From: Candidatus Marinacidobacterales bacterium | GTDB lineage: Bacteria > Acidobacteriota > Vicinamibacteria > Marinacidobacterales > DATDRI01 | Length of the DNA stretch: 64,000 nt | Direction: 5' to 3' | NCBI GenBank assembly: GCA_965226495.1 | Contig: OZ245365.1 | Location: forward strand, 3,904,001-3,968,000 | In this document: piece after piece, positions 50,291 through 60,462 of the stretch | Numbering within the stretch: position 1 is the stretch's first letter | Layout: every line of letters begins with the position of its first letter | Made by a program: the position numbers and the translations under genes | Notes under the pieces: model-generated | The model's input: the letters and a program-made list of their open reading frames with translations, nothing else | Database searches by the model: none | Told to the model about the DNA's origin: nothing

Positions 50291-52237
50291 ATGGCAACTC
50301 GCCGAATCTCAGGGCTCCCCTGGCCCAGAGCAGTTAGACTGAGTCCACTCTTCACGGCACCCGCGGCGCTTTTGTTCTTGAGCCCCATCATCGGAGCGGA
50401 GGAATCGAAGGGAGAGGTCGACGAAAACCTCTTCTTCGAGGACCGGGACAAGATTCCGCTGCAGTACCGCTGGGATCTCGATGCCATCTTTCCCAATCGA
50501 GAAGCGTGGGAGGCGACGCGCAAGGACGTCGAGGAGGCGCTACCCGGTCTCGGCACCTACCGCGGTCGCCTGGCAGACTCGCCCGAGATCTTGGCCGAGG
50601 CACTTCAAACGAAGTTCGATCTCGAGCGTCGTTTCGAAGACGTCTTCGTCTACGCTTTTCAGCGCTTTTACGCCGATACCGAGGACGCGACCGCCAAAGA
50701 GTTATCCGGTCAGGCGCAATCGCTCGCGAGCAAGGCCCAGGAAGCGACGTCTTTCTTCGAGCCCGAGATCGCTCAGCTCCCCTCGGATCGCCTTGCGGAG
50801 TTCTTGAAAGCCGACGGCGTCAAGCCCTTCACCCACTTCATCAATAACATCGTGCGGACCAAGGCCCATATCCGCAGCGCCGAAATCGAAGGAATCCTTG
50901 CCGGCAGCTCGCTTCCCGGTGCCGCCCACCAGCAGGCGTTCACGAGTCTCGAAAACTCCGACATCGAGTGGCCGACGATCAAGGGCGAAGACGGGAAAGA
51001 GCAAAAGGTCGTCCCCGGCCAGTACATTCAGTTTGTGATGAGCTCGGATCGCCGCGTCCGCCGCGAGGGTTCCTTGGCCCTCTTCGGCGTCTACGACCAG
51101 TTCGCGAACACGTTAGCCTCGACTCTGGGCGGTAGCATCCAGCGCGACGCTTGGTTGGCTCGCACGCGGGGCTACGACTCGAGCCTCGAGATGGCGCTCG
51201 ACTCCACGAACGTGCCGCGTAGCGTGGTAGACACTCTCGTCGAGACCGTGCACGACAACATCGCTCAAGTCCACGGTTACGCCGCGCTGCGTAAGCGGAT
51301 GCTCGGTCTGGACGAGCTTCACGTCTACGACATGTACGTCAATCTCCTGCCGGGCCTCGATCGGACGTACACGTTCGAGGAGGGCTGGACTCTAGCCATG
51401 GAGTTCTGGAGCGAGACGTTTGGTGAAGAATACGCCCAAGCGGCGGAACGAGCGCGCAAAGAACGATGGGTCGACGTGTACACGAACCAGGGTAAGCGCC
51501 CGGGTGCTTTCGCATGGGGCACCTACAACTCACATCCGTACTTGTTCCTCAATTGGAACGGAAAGCTGGATGCGGTATCTACGCTGGTACACGAAATGGG
51601 TCACGCGATCCACAAGTACCTCACCGACGGGACTCAGCCCTATCACGCATCCAGCTATAGCCTTTTCGTTGCCGAGGTGGCTTCCGTGGCAAGCGAGTCA
51701 CTCTTTCTCGAATGGTTTCTGAAGAGAAGTGAAGATCCCGTGGAGCGCAAGCTTCTGCTAAACCAGGCGATGAACAGTATCACCGGTACGTTTCTTCGCC
51801 AAATCTTCTTCCATGAATGGGAGGCCGCCGCCCACGCTATGGCGGAGCGCGGCGAGCCCCTGACGAAAGAGTCTTTGGGCAAACTCTACCGAGATCTCTG
51901 GCAAACATACTACGGGCCCGATCTCACTGCGGACGACGTTTATCAATCCGGCTGGGCCCGCGTGAGCCACTTCTATCGAACCTTCTATGTCTGGGTCTAT
52001 GCCACGAGTTTCGCCGCCGGGGAAGCAATTGCGAAGCGCTTTCGTGACGGCGACGAGACGGCTGTTCAAGACTATCTGGCGATGCTCAAGCTGGGGGGCT
52101 CGGTCTATCCGATGGACGCCGTCAAGAGGGCCGGGGTCGACATGAACGACCCTCGAGTCATCCGCGCGGTCATGGTACGTTACGGCGAGCTGCAGAAGCG
52201 TCTCGACAAAGAGTTAGTAGGCGAAAACGAACGCTAA
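50291..52237 (+). CDS. pepF: Oligoendopeptidase F (M3B)
   Basis: YRWDL, GKRPGAF, HEMGH, FVAEVAS, HFY..FYVWVYA. Confidence 0.9.
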   Translation: MATRRISGLPWPRAVRLSPLFTAPAALLFLSPIIGAEESKGEVDENLFFEDRDKIPLQYRWDLDAIFPNREAWEATRKDVEEALPGLGTYRGRLADSPEILAEALQTKFDLERRFEDVFVYAFQRFYADTEDATAKELSGQAQSLASKAQEATSFFEPEIAQLPSDRLAEFLKADGVKPFTHFINNIVRTKAHIRSAEIEGILAGSSLPGAAHQQAFTSLENSDIEWPTIKGEDGKEQKVVPGQYIQFVMSSDRRVRREGSLALFGVYDQFANTLASTLGGSIQRDAWLARTRGYDSSLEMALDSTNVPRSVVDTLVETVHDNIAQVHGYAALRKRMLGLDELHVYDMYVNLLPGLDRTYTFEEGWTLAMEFWSETFGEEYAQAAERARKERWVDVYTNQGKRPGAFAWGTYNSHPYLFLNWNGKLDAVSTLVHEMGHAIHKYLTDGTQPYHASSYSLFVAEVASVASESLFLEWFLKRSEDPVERKLLLNQAMNSITGTFLRQIFFHEWEAAAHAMAERGEPLTKESLGKLYRDLWQTYYGPDLTADDVYQSGWARVSHFYRTFYVWVYATSFAAGEAIAKRFRDGDETAVQDYLAMLKLGGSVYPMDAVKRAGVDMNDPRVIRAVMVRYGELQKRLDKELVGENER

Positions 52238-52264
52238 GGCTTGACGACCCAGCAAGCCGCCGTC

Positions 52265-53912
52265 TCAGAGCTCTGCCGTCTCAAGGAACCGTGGGGGCTT
52301 CCGCGCCTTGATCGCTTGTTCGAAAGCATAGGCTAGCTTGATGAGCGTGGGCTCGGTCCAAGCGCGCCCGAAGAACGACAAGCCGACCGGAAGTCCGTGA
52401 ACGAAACCCGCCGGCACGGTGATGCTGGGGTATCCTGCCACCGCCGCAAAGCTCGAGCTTCCGCCAAGGAAGTGATCGCCGTTGACGAGATCCGTTGTCC
52501 ATGCCGGCCCGCCGGTGGGCGCAACGATGGCGTCGAGCCGGTGCTTGTCCGTGGCTCGGTCGATCCCCTCCTCACGGCTTAGCCGATGGTTGGTCTCGAG
52601 CGCTTGGCGATATTCTGCGCTCGTCAGGGGCCCTTTTTCCTGCGCTTGCAGAAAAATCTCCTGGCCGAAGTACGGCATCTCCTCATCGGGATGAGTGTCG
52701 TTGAATGCGATGAGCTCGGCGAGCGACTTCGCGGGAGCCTTCGGGTCCGAGACCCTCCAGATAAGCGTTGAGATCCGCCTTGAACTCATAAAGCAGAACT
52801 TCCATCTCGGTATCTCGAGGCTCGCTACCGCCTTGTGACGTGAGTTTTCCGCTGGCGCTCGGCAACTCCACCGGATCGATGATCTCCGCTCCTCTTCTCT
52901 TCATCTCTGCGATGCCCTCTTCGAGAACCGCATCCACTTTTTCGTGAAAGCCGAACGACTGCCGCAATACCCCGATCCGTGCGCCACGTAGACCGTTCTC
53001 GTCGAGAAACGCGGTGTAGTCGGAATAGGAATGGTTCTAGCTCGCTGCGGTGGCCGGATCACGCGGGTCGACGCCAGCCATGGCGCCAAGGAGAATGGCG
53101 CCATCGGAAACCGTGCGGGCCATGGGCCCAGCTGTGTCCTGGCTGTGGGCGATGGGAATGATGCCCACGCGGCTTACGAGCCCCAGGGTCGGCTTGATCC
53201 CCACCAGACCATTCGCATTCGACGGGCAGACCACCGAGCCATCGGTCTCGGTGCCGATAGCGGCGGCGGTGAAATTCGCCGCGGTGGCCACACCCGAGCC
53301 CGAGCTCGACCCACACGGATTTCGATCGAGCGCATAGGGGTTGCGACACTGTCCACCCCGGCCGCTCCAACCACTCGAGGAGCGTGTGGAACGGAAGTTG
53401 GCCCACTCGCTCAGATTTGCCTTCCCGAGAAGAATCGCTCCCGCCTCACGCAGCTTCTGCGCCACGAGAGAGTCTCGTGAGGGGCGGGACCCTTCGAGAG
53501 CAAAGGACCCAGCAGTGGTGGTCATCTCGTCGGCGGTATCGATGTTGTCCTTGAGCAAAATGGGGATGCCGTGCAAGGGTCCTCGAGCGCCCTCGGCTCG
53601 ACGTTCCTCGTCGAGGTCGTCGGCGAGGGCGAGAGCGTCCGGATTCGTTTCGATGACGGATCGCAGCGTCGGCCCTTGTCTATCCATTGCCTCGATCCGC
53701 TGAAGATACATCTCGCTGATGGATCGTGCCGTGAAGCGCCCCGAGCTCATGCCTTCTTGCAGCTCGGAGAAGGTCATCTCCTCGAGCTCGAAGCTTCCCG
53801 GCTGCGGTCGAAGCGATGGCGGGGCGCTTTTCGGCAGAGCGGCCGACGGGGCGCTGCCAAGGGCCGCCGCACCACCGAGAAGGCTCTTGTGGAGGAACTC
53901 TCTCCGCTTCAT
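52265..53912 (-). pseudogene. Amidase-signature family enzyme with Tat signal, disrupted
   Basis: KRREFL; LKDNI, GSSSGS, GTETDGS; in-frame TAG at 53037-53039; +1 frameshift near 52744. Confidence 0.85.
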
Positions 53913-54029
53913 GAAGACTCTCCTTTCTTACACCGAGAGGGTGGGCTCTCTCGGAAAGGCAGATGAGAAAAAACCAAACTCGCTGAGCAAGTCGGAAAGC
54001 TGGAGACGAAGCTCTCGATCTTCAATCGC

Positions 54030-55736
54030 TCACTTCCCTCTCGGGACGAGGGAGAGGAACATCTCGCTCGCCATCCGCCAGGGAGCGAAACGCTTCGGTG
54101 GGCGCAACGTTCCCAGCAGGTACTGTTTCCGGGCTTCGTTTCGTCGAATCTTACCGTTCGATGTCCTCGGCAGCGTGCCCGGTTCCAAAACACGCACGTT
54201 GTCGACCGTCAAACCGATTTGCTCTAGGATTCGCCGGCGAATCTCTGCGCTCAGATGCGAATCCGTAGAAGAATTGCTCGCGCGGTTCCTTTCCGCGAGA
54301 ACAACGAGCTCCTCCCCATCGCCGTTCTCGGGAACGACTCCGATCGCCGCCAGGCATCCGCTGCGCAAGTGTGCGAGACCGTCCACAGCATGCTCGATGT
54401 CTTGGGGCGCGTAGTTACGCCCGCGTAAGACGACGAGGTCCTTATTGCGTCCATAGAGGTAGAGCTCCCCCTCGAATAGAAAACCCGCGTCGCCGGTATC
54501 GAACCACCCATCCGAAAACGCCTCACTCGTGATGGAAGGACCGCGAGCCAGCACGCGCCCCAGGCGCCCTGCTTTCAGTGCCTCGCCGTCTTCATCGACA
54601 ATCCGGATCTCGTAGCCGGCCAGCGGAGTCCCGACGCTTCCGAGCTCTTGTCCTTCGGTTGCGAGCCGGGCGATGCCTTCTCCGGCGAGGGCGCGTCGGT
54701 CAAACGTGTGAGCGCGAACCGCTCTTAATGGGTCTGAAAAAGTCAGGGCGAGCGTTGCCTCGGCCAGCCCGTAGACAGGAGTGAGAGCCTCCTCACGTAG
54801 GCCGTAGCGACGAAAACGTTCCAGGAACCGACGGAGCACGATGGGAGTGACGGGCTCCGCACCGTTGAGAGCTAGGCACCAGGAAGAAAGATCGACGCCG
54901 TCGAGCTCCTCATCGCGAATGCGATCGGCACACAAACTGTAAGCGAAGTTCGGCGCCGGGCTGACCGTCCCGCGATAACGAGAAATGGTGCGTAGCCAAA
55001 TCGCAGGGCGGCTTACGAAGTACTCGGGCGGGATAAGGATCAAATCGCTGGGATGCGCCAGGCTGGTAAGCACCGAGCCCACCAATCCCATGTCGTGATA
55101 GAGCGGCAGCCAGGACACGGTGATGTGCCTGATCTCCGGCCCTTCCGGGTACGATCTCAAGATCGTCTCGCGAATCGCATCCACGTTGGCCATGATCTGA
55201 CGATGCGTTAGGCGGACGGGTTTGGGCTCGCTGGTCGTGCCCGAGGAGAACTGGATAAGTGCCAGCTCATCCGGCGAAGAAACGACGCGCCCCGGTGCTT
55301 TGCGGGGAAGGTCTTCCATCGCGATGAGCCCCAGCTCGAGCTGGACCAGCTTTCTCGTCCGGCCCAAGAGCCTTCCAAGCATCGGCTGGGTCAGCACGAG
55401 CCGCGCCCTACTTTTTCCCAGCATCGCAGCCGTTCGCTCGTGGTATTCGTCTAATCGGCCAAGGCGAAAGGGCGGATAGAGTGCGACCGGGACGGCGCCG
55501 GCGAGTACGACACCAAAAAAAGCCTCGTAGAAATCGACCGACGTGGGGAGAATGATGGCCACCCTGTCTCCCAGCCCGATCCCTAATTCCTGCAAACCTC
55601 CCGCTACCTGAGATGCACGATGACGAATTTCCCGATAGGAGTAGAACGTTTCTTTTTCCCCGCGATCGATGAATCGAACACCGCGCTCAGAAGCGGACGC
55701 GTTCTCAACCAATCGACCGAGAGTCACCTCAGACAC
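54030..55736 (-). CDS. Fatty acyl-AMP ligase (FAAL, FtpD-like)
   Basis: QFSSGTT, SWLPLYHDMGL, APNFAY, NGAEP, YGLAEATL plus FAAL-type insertion, PRTSNGK. Confidence 0.87.
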   Translation of the reverse strand: MSEVTLGRLVENASASERGVRFIDRGEKETFYSYREIRHRASQVAGGLQELGIGLGDRVAIILPTSVDFYEAFFGVVLAGAVPVALYPPFRLGRLDEYHERTAAMLGKSRARLVLTQPMLGRLLGRTRKLVQLELGLIAMEDLPRKAPGRVVSSPDELALIQFSSGTTSEPKPVRLTHRQIMANVDAIRETILRSYPEGPEIRHITVSWLPLYHDMGLVGSVLTSLAHPSDLILIPPEYFVSRPAIWLRTISRYRGTVSPAPNFAYSLCADRIRDEELDGVDLSSWCLALNGAEPVTPIVLRRFLERFRRYGLREEALTPVYGLAEATLALTFSDPLRAVRAHTFDRRALAGEGIARLATEGQELGSVGTPLAGYEIRIVDEDGEALKAGRLGRVLARGPSITSEAFSDGWFDTGDAGFLFEGELYLYGRNKDLVVLRGRNYAPQDIEHAVDGLAHLRSGCLAAIGVVPENGDGEELVVLAERNRASNSSTDSHLSAEIRRRILEQIGLTVDNVRVLEPGTLPRTSNGKIRRNEARKQYLLGTLRPPKRFAPWRMASEMFLSLVPRGK

Positions 55737-55986
55737 TTTGGTGACTCTCCGAGAGTCGTCGGCCGATGAGCCGAACGACGTCTCCAACCGTTTCGAGACC
55801 TTCTTCGTCTCCGGAGTCGAAACGCACCCGGAAGTGGTTTTCGAGCTCGACGACTAACGTCAGTTGTTTCAAGGAGTCGAGCTGCAAATCGCGCAAGAGA
55901 TGGGTCTCGTTGGTAACGAGTGAACTCACTTTGAGGTGTTCCCGGATCACCTCACGGACCCCTTTCAAGATCTGCTGCGGGGTCAC
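55729..55986 (-). CDS. Acyl carrier protein (FtpC-like)
   Basis: DLQLDSL phosphopantetheine site; 85 aa. Confidence 0.9.
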   Translation of the reverse strand: MTPQQILKGVREVIREHLKVSSLVTNETHLLRDLQLDSLKQLTLVVELENHFRVRFDSGDEEGLETVGDVVRLIGRRLSESHQSV

Positions 55987-56579
55987 GCGGGGCGTCTTGC
56001 AAGTCGCTGATGCCGCTTAGGCCTCAGAGGAAAGAAACGGCGTCGGTCACCCAAGTGCTCCGAATATCCACAATGCGCGGCAAGTGCATTTTCCTCGCAT
56101 CGGATTCGCGTGCGGAGTATCCAGGCGTTCAAGAGAGTGAAACCAATCGCAGTAAGCCAGGCGGTTTGAATGAGAGGAATAGCTAGACCCTCCATAATCA
56201 CCGCAACGTAGTTTGGATGGCGCAAGTAACGGTAAGGGCCGCCCGTAACCGGCGTTGCCCCCGGCACGACGATGACGCGAATATTCCAATAAGGTCCGAG
56301 AGTGAGAACCGCCCAGTACCGAAGCGCCATAGCGGCAAGAGCCAGGCAAAGCATGGGATAACCGAGAACGGGAATGAAGGGTCGGCCGAGCAGAACGACT
56401 TCCGCACCACAAGAAAAAAGAAACCCGGCATGAAGCGCCTTCATGAAAAAGTAATGCCCTTGACCGAACTCTTTTCCACCTCGCTCGAAGGCCAATGCCG
56501 CGTGCCGTCGACTCAGGCCGACCTCGAAGAGTCGCTCCGCCGCGACGAGCCCCAAGAAGACCAGGTAGGGTGTCACCAT
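55983..56579 (-). CDS. Isoprenylcysteine carboxyl methyltransferase family protein (BpsB/SrsB/FtpB-like)
   Basis: EFGQGHY, LRYW...LG.YW, GPYRYLRHPNY, RIRCEE. Confidence 0.9.
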   Translation of the reverse strand: MVTPYLVFLGLVAAERLFEVGLSRRHAALAFERGGKEFGQGHYFFMKALHAGFLFSCGAEVVLLGRPFIPVLGYPMLCLALAAMALRYWAVLTLGPYWNIRVIVVPGATPVTGGPYRYLRHPNYVAVIMEGLAIPLIQTAWLTAIGFTLLNAWILRTRIRCEENALAAHCGYSEHLGDRRRFFPLRPKRHQRLARRPA

Positions 56580-57622
56580 CGCAATAGCACCAGCTCCGAG
56601 CAAAAGCCCGGCCCCATCGCGAGCATCAGTCCATGGCTCCCCGTCGGCGGTCGCTGCCGTTCCATCGTGTCGCGCAACACCATCAGCACCGAGGCGCTCG
56701 AAAGATTCCCCACCGACCTCAGGCTTTCCCAGGTGAGCGTCAGGGCGTCGGGCGGCAGATCCAGGACTTTCTGGAATGCCTCCAAAACCTTAGGCCCCCC
56801 CGGATGACACACATAGCTCGAGATATCACCGCGGCTCAATCCGTGATGGGATAGAAACTTGTCAACGTCTTCACGGATGTGCTCTTGAACGACGCGGGGA
56901 ACGTCGGCGGACAAGACGACCCGGAAGCCCTCTTTCGTGATGTCCCAACCCATGACGTCCTCGGTGTCAGGGTAGAAAACCGATCGGCTATCGACCACCG
57001 TGGGACCTCCTTTCGCGCGGTTCTCCCCCACCATTATGGCCGCCGCCGCGCCGTCCCCGAAGAGTCCGCTGGCGATGATATTCGGAATAGATAGATCTTC
57101 GCGTTGGAGGGTCAGACTGCACAGCTCGACGGAAACGAGTACTGCGACTTGGTCCGGATGAGCAAGCAAATAGTCCGCGGCCCGTGCCACTCCCGCCGCC
57201 CCAGCGAGACACCCTAAGCCGAAAATGGGCGTTCGCTTCATGTCGGAACGTAGCCGAAGTCGGTTCGCTAGGAGCGCATCGATGGAAGGTGTCGCCACGC
57301 CCGTGGTGGTGACGAAAAAAATGTGATCGATCTCCTGAGCATCGAGACCGGCAGCTCCCAAGCCGTCGACGACAGCTCGCGCACCCAGCTCTACCGCGCA
57401 ACGAATGAAAGCATTGTTCGTCGCGGTAAAGGAATCGAGATCGTCGTACTCCTCGAGTGGCAGGGCCAGATGACGCCCCCCTACCAAGACGTTCTGGTGA
57501 AGGCTCTCCAATCGGTCGACATTGTAATGGCGTTTCGCCCAATGTTTCTTGAAGGCCGTGATGAGGGTCTTCTGATCGTAGTAGTTGTCGGGGAAAGCGC
57601 GGCCGACCGCGGCGACTTGCAT
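56573..57622 (-). CDS. Type III polyketide synthase (BpsA/SrsA/FtpA-like)
   Basis: Catalytic triad motifs GLGC, HPGG, GNLSS; ELCSL, LFGDGA, MGPGF. Confidence 0.93.
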   Translation of the reverse strand: MQVAAVGRAFPDNYYDQKTLITAFKKHWAKRHYNVDRLESLHQNVLVGGRHLALPLEEYDDLDSFTATNNAFIRCAVELGARAVVDGLGAAGLDAQEIDHIFFVTTTGVATPSIDALLANRLRLRSDMKRTPIFGLGCLAGAAGVARAADYLLAHPDQVAVLVSVELCSLTLQREDLSIPNIIASGLFGDGAAAAIMVGENRAKGGPTVVDSRSVFYPDTEDVMGWDITKEGFRVVLSADVPRVVQEHIREDVDKFLSHHGLSRGDISSYVCHPGGPKVLEAFQKVLDLPPDALTLTWESLRSVGNLSSASVLMVLRDTMERQRPPTGSHGLMLAMGPGFCSELVLLRW

Positions 57623-57624
57623 TC

Positions 57625-58356
57625 CTAGTTCTCGGAAGCTTCCAGGGCCGTCTCCGTGAAGAGCCCCGGAGACAAGTTCTGGTTGATGCGAAGCTCGTCG
57701 AGTGAGAGAACGGTTTTGCTATCGCCGATGAGGCTTTTCATTTCGATGCGGTGCGCTATGGGAACACCGCCCACCTCGCGGATATCTGTCAGACGGGCCT
57801 CTTTGAGTGGGTCCAGGTCCTCGTCAAAAAAAACGGCTTTAGTCGTCACGAAATCGTCTTTTCTGACCCAGCCCTGGAGCTTGCCGTAGGCAATGCGGTG
57901 GCGAGGGACTCCTTCCATGACGTAGCAGGGAATGCCGTCGATGGCTTCCTCGCCGACCAAGCGATGCAGTAAATCATCGAGGTGGGCTGCCCCAGCCAGA
58001 TCGGCGTAAGAGATGTCCGAACCGAGAAACGGATCGTCCTGATTGCGACCAGCAATCGGGCGGACCAAGTCGAAATCCGGGAAGTAGGCCCACTGGCGGT
58101 TACGTTTCCCGCGCTGGGCAACAATTAGAAAGCGCATTCCCTCCATTTCCGCTGGCTCGAGGAGGGTGATGACGGCGCGATAGTCGACTCCCTCCCGCTG
58201 CATGATGAGCTCGAAGACTCGTTTCTTCGCCGCACCTTCGGCAACGATTTCCATGTGGACTCGGGCGGAAAGATCTTGGACCTGCAGGTCGACTTCTTTC
58301 GCACGAGCCACTATCGCGCCAGCCGAAAGCTGCGCAAGAAGCAGGACCGCGGTCAA
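57625..58356 (-). CDS. Outer-membrane lipoprotein-sorting (LolA-like) protein
   Basis: QWAYFP, FLGSDISYADL, GLFTETAL. Confidence 0.8.
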   Translation of the reverse strand: MTAVLLLAQLSAGAIVARAKEVDLQVQDLSARVHMEIVAEGAAKKRVFELIMQREGVDYRAVITLLEPAEMEGMRFLIVAQRGKRNRQWAYFPDFDLVRPIAGRNQDDPFLGSDISYADLAGAAHLDDLLHRLVGEEAIDGIPCYVMEGVPRHRIAYGKLQGWVRKDDFVTTKAVFFDEDLDPLKEARLTDIREVGGVPIAHRIEMKSLIGDSKTVLSLDELRINQNLSPGLFTETALEASEN

Positions 58357-59573
58357 CGGAAGGCCTCTTCGCGTCGAAGATAGAGCTTCATGCCAACCAC
58401 AAGATAGACGATTCCGAAGATCACCAGAGCGAGCAGACCCGGCGCGATGTCGGACAGGGCACGCTCACGTAGCATGAGGTCGTTGAACGCTTCCATCGCC
58501 CAGGCGGTGGGGAATAGATGCGCGAGTTTCTGGAGCCACGAGGGCTCGATGGATATGGGCCACCAGCAGCCTCCGATCGCGGCCATCACCATGATGGCGA
58601 TCGTGCCCAGCGGAAGCACGGAATCGCGGGTCGGAGCGAGCGCAGCAACCAACAACCCGAACGCGGCGGCTGCGAAGCTCACCCCCGCGATGACGAGCCC
58701 CATGGCCAATAATGAAGGGCCGAGGCTTATGCCGAACACGGCGTGGCCGAACGCGAACAGGATTGCCATCTGAACTACTCCGATGAGGAATCGCGAAACG
58801 ACTTTGCCGACCACGACATTCTCCGCCGCGATCGGGGTCGAGGCAAGGCGGTACAAGATCCCCCAACCCCGCTCGTCGACGAGACCGAGGCCCACACCGA
58901 GGAGCATCCCTAGCATGAGGAACGTGACGCCAAAGCCGGGAACGTTTTGATCAAATGCATTGAACGAGGTTCGGACGCTGGTCAGGCTTTCCTCTTCAAG
59001 CACTACCGACTTGTCGACGAGACGCGAGGCTAGCTCCCTCGCATCTTCAGCGACCTCTTCGAAGTCCACGTCTCCCGCGTACGTCAAGACTTCGACAACG
59101 GCGACGCGCGCGGCCACCTGTGATGCCACCAATCCCGCCTGAGCGCGACGCACCTCACCTTTGATCCTCAAGAGCTCCAAATGCTTCACCGGATCCGTCA
59201 GCAAGAGGAGACGCACCGACTGGCCTTTCCGAAATCCACGGGTAAACCCGGAGGGTATGACAAGCGCCGCGCCGGCCTCGCCGGTCTCGGCAACCAAGCG
59301 CCGAGCCTCCTGCTCGCCGACCTCTTCGAGCCGAACTCCCGAGGCTTCTTTGAGCGATGCCACGAGCTTGTCAGCAACGTCACCGTCGTCCAGGTTGGCG
59401 ACCGGCAACAGGAACTCTGTCTCCGAGCCTCCCCGGCTCCCGTAGAACGTCGAAAGGGAGAAACCCGCAACCGAGATGACCACAATCGGCGCAAGTACTA
59501 GGAAGAGTATGGCCACGCGATCGCGCGCCAGGAGGCGAAGGTCCTTGGCCACCAGCACCGCAAGACTTGTCAC
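58353..59573 (-). CDS. ABC-2 exporter permease
   Basis: KDLRLLARD, QNVPGF, IGGCWWP, PTAWAM. Confidence 0.88.
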   Translation of the reverse strand: MTSLAVLVAKDLRLLARDRVAILFLVLAPIVVISVAGFSLSTFYGSRGGSETEFLLPVANLDDGDVADKLVASLKEASGVRLEEVGEQEARRLVAETGEAGAALVIPSGFTRGFRKGQSVRLLLLTDPVKHLELLRIKGEVRRAQAGLVASQVAARVAVVEVLTYAGDVDFEEVAEDARELASRLVDKSVVLEEESLTSVRTSFNAFDQNVPGFGVTFLMLGMLLGVGLGLVDERGWGILYRLASTPIAAENVVVGKVVSRFLIGVVQMAILFAFGHAVFGISLGPSLLAMGLVIAGVSFAAAAFGLLVAALAPTRDSVLPLGTIAIMVMAAIGGCWWPISIEPSWLQKLAHLFPTAWAMEAFNDLMLRERALSDIAPGLLALVIFGIVYLVVGMKLYLRREEAFR

Positions 59574-59618
59574 AAAGATGTATTCCCCCCCGAGCCCAGG
59601 TGCTCGCAGCCCCCATTC

Positions 59619-59838
59619 TAGCGCCCTGTATCAGTACTTCGTCACCTAAATCTCGGCCCCTTTTGCGCGCTGGCTTCGTTGTGACATTCGGTGCAGTTCG
59701 GCCTTCGGCCTAGCCCTCCGCTCGGCAGGCTCGCTGCGGAAGGCGGGAAATATCCAGATATGGCTTCGTCGTCACGCCTCGCCAACCCACAAAATGGCCT
59801 CGGAGCTTTAGGCAACGACACACTGATACAGGACGCTA
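59619..59838. mobile_element. 220-bp MITE-like element with terminal inverted repeats and TA ends
   Basis: Left tagcgccctgtatcagt vs reverse complement of right end tagcgtcctgtatcagt (16/17); imperfect pairing continues about 50 bp. Confidence 0.7.
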
Positions 59839-59903
59839 CCCGCTTATTCCTGCCGGAACGACACGAAATGGCCGAACCAGCCATCTGCGAGTAAACGATT
59901 TAG

Positions 59904-59952
59904 TATCAATCACTTATAATACTTGACAAAAAAGTCATATATCTGACACAAT
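59904..59952 (+). promoter_or_regulatory. Rrf2 promoter: IHF-consensus site, -35 TTGACA overlapped by a TGAC-N6-GTCA palindrome, and extended -10
   Basis: TATCAATCACTTA (WATCAANNNNTTR) at 59904-59916; TTGACA at 59923-59928; TGaCACAAT at 59944-59952. Confidence 0.6.
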
Positions 59953-59961
59953 AGGCACGCA

Positions 59962-60462
59962 ATGAAGATCACAGCCCAGGAAGAATACGGAATCCGCTGC
60001 CTACTCCAGCTGGCTCGACGCGCTGGCAGCGGCAAGCCCGTCACCGTCCGGGAAGTCGCCGCCTCGGAAAGTCTATCGCCCGCTTACGCGGAAAAGCTCC
60101 TGCGAGTGCTCAGTCGAGCCGGTCTCGCGGAGTCGATCCGAGGCACGCGAGGGGGGTATCGCATGACCAGGCCTCCGGAGCGAGTCACCTTGGGCGACGC
60201 CGTCCGTGCCCTCGGCGGCATCGTGACCCAGCCTGAGATGTGCGCGAAGTTCACCGGACAAGACGACTGCTGTGTTCACACTGCGGACTGCGGGTTGCGC
60301 CCGGTATGGTCCACTGTGAACACGCATGTTCAGAAGATTCTCGATGGCATGCCGTTGAATCTGCTGTTACAAGCAGAAAACAAAATCACCTCGCGATTGG
60401 ACGAGACCGTCGCCTCGTTGAACCGTTCCCTCGTCCCATTGCAGATCTCTGCGGAAGTATGA
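59962..60462 (+). CDS. Rrf2-family Fe-S-binding transcriptional regulator
   Basis: EEYGIRC, SIRGTRGGY wing; C-x8-CC-x-H-x3-C ligand set. Confidence 0.92.
   Translation: MKITAQEEYGIRCLLQLARRAGSGKPVTVREVAASESLSPAYAEKLLRVLSRAGLAESIRGTRGGYRMTRPPERVTLGDAVRALGGIVTQPEMCAKFTGQDDCCVHTADCGLRPVWSTVNTHVQKILDGMPLNLLLQAENKITSRLDETVASLNRSLVPLQISAEV

Noticed and set aside
2993-53039. Stop-codon reassignment or pyrrolysine explaining in-frame TAA/TAG codons
   Set aside because: Many intact genes end normally at TAA/TAG; most affected genes carry extra lesions; implied residues differ between sites; no pyl genes in the window
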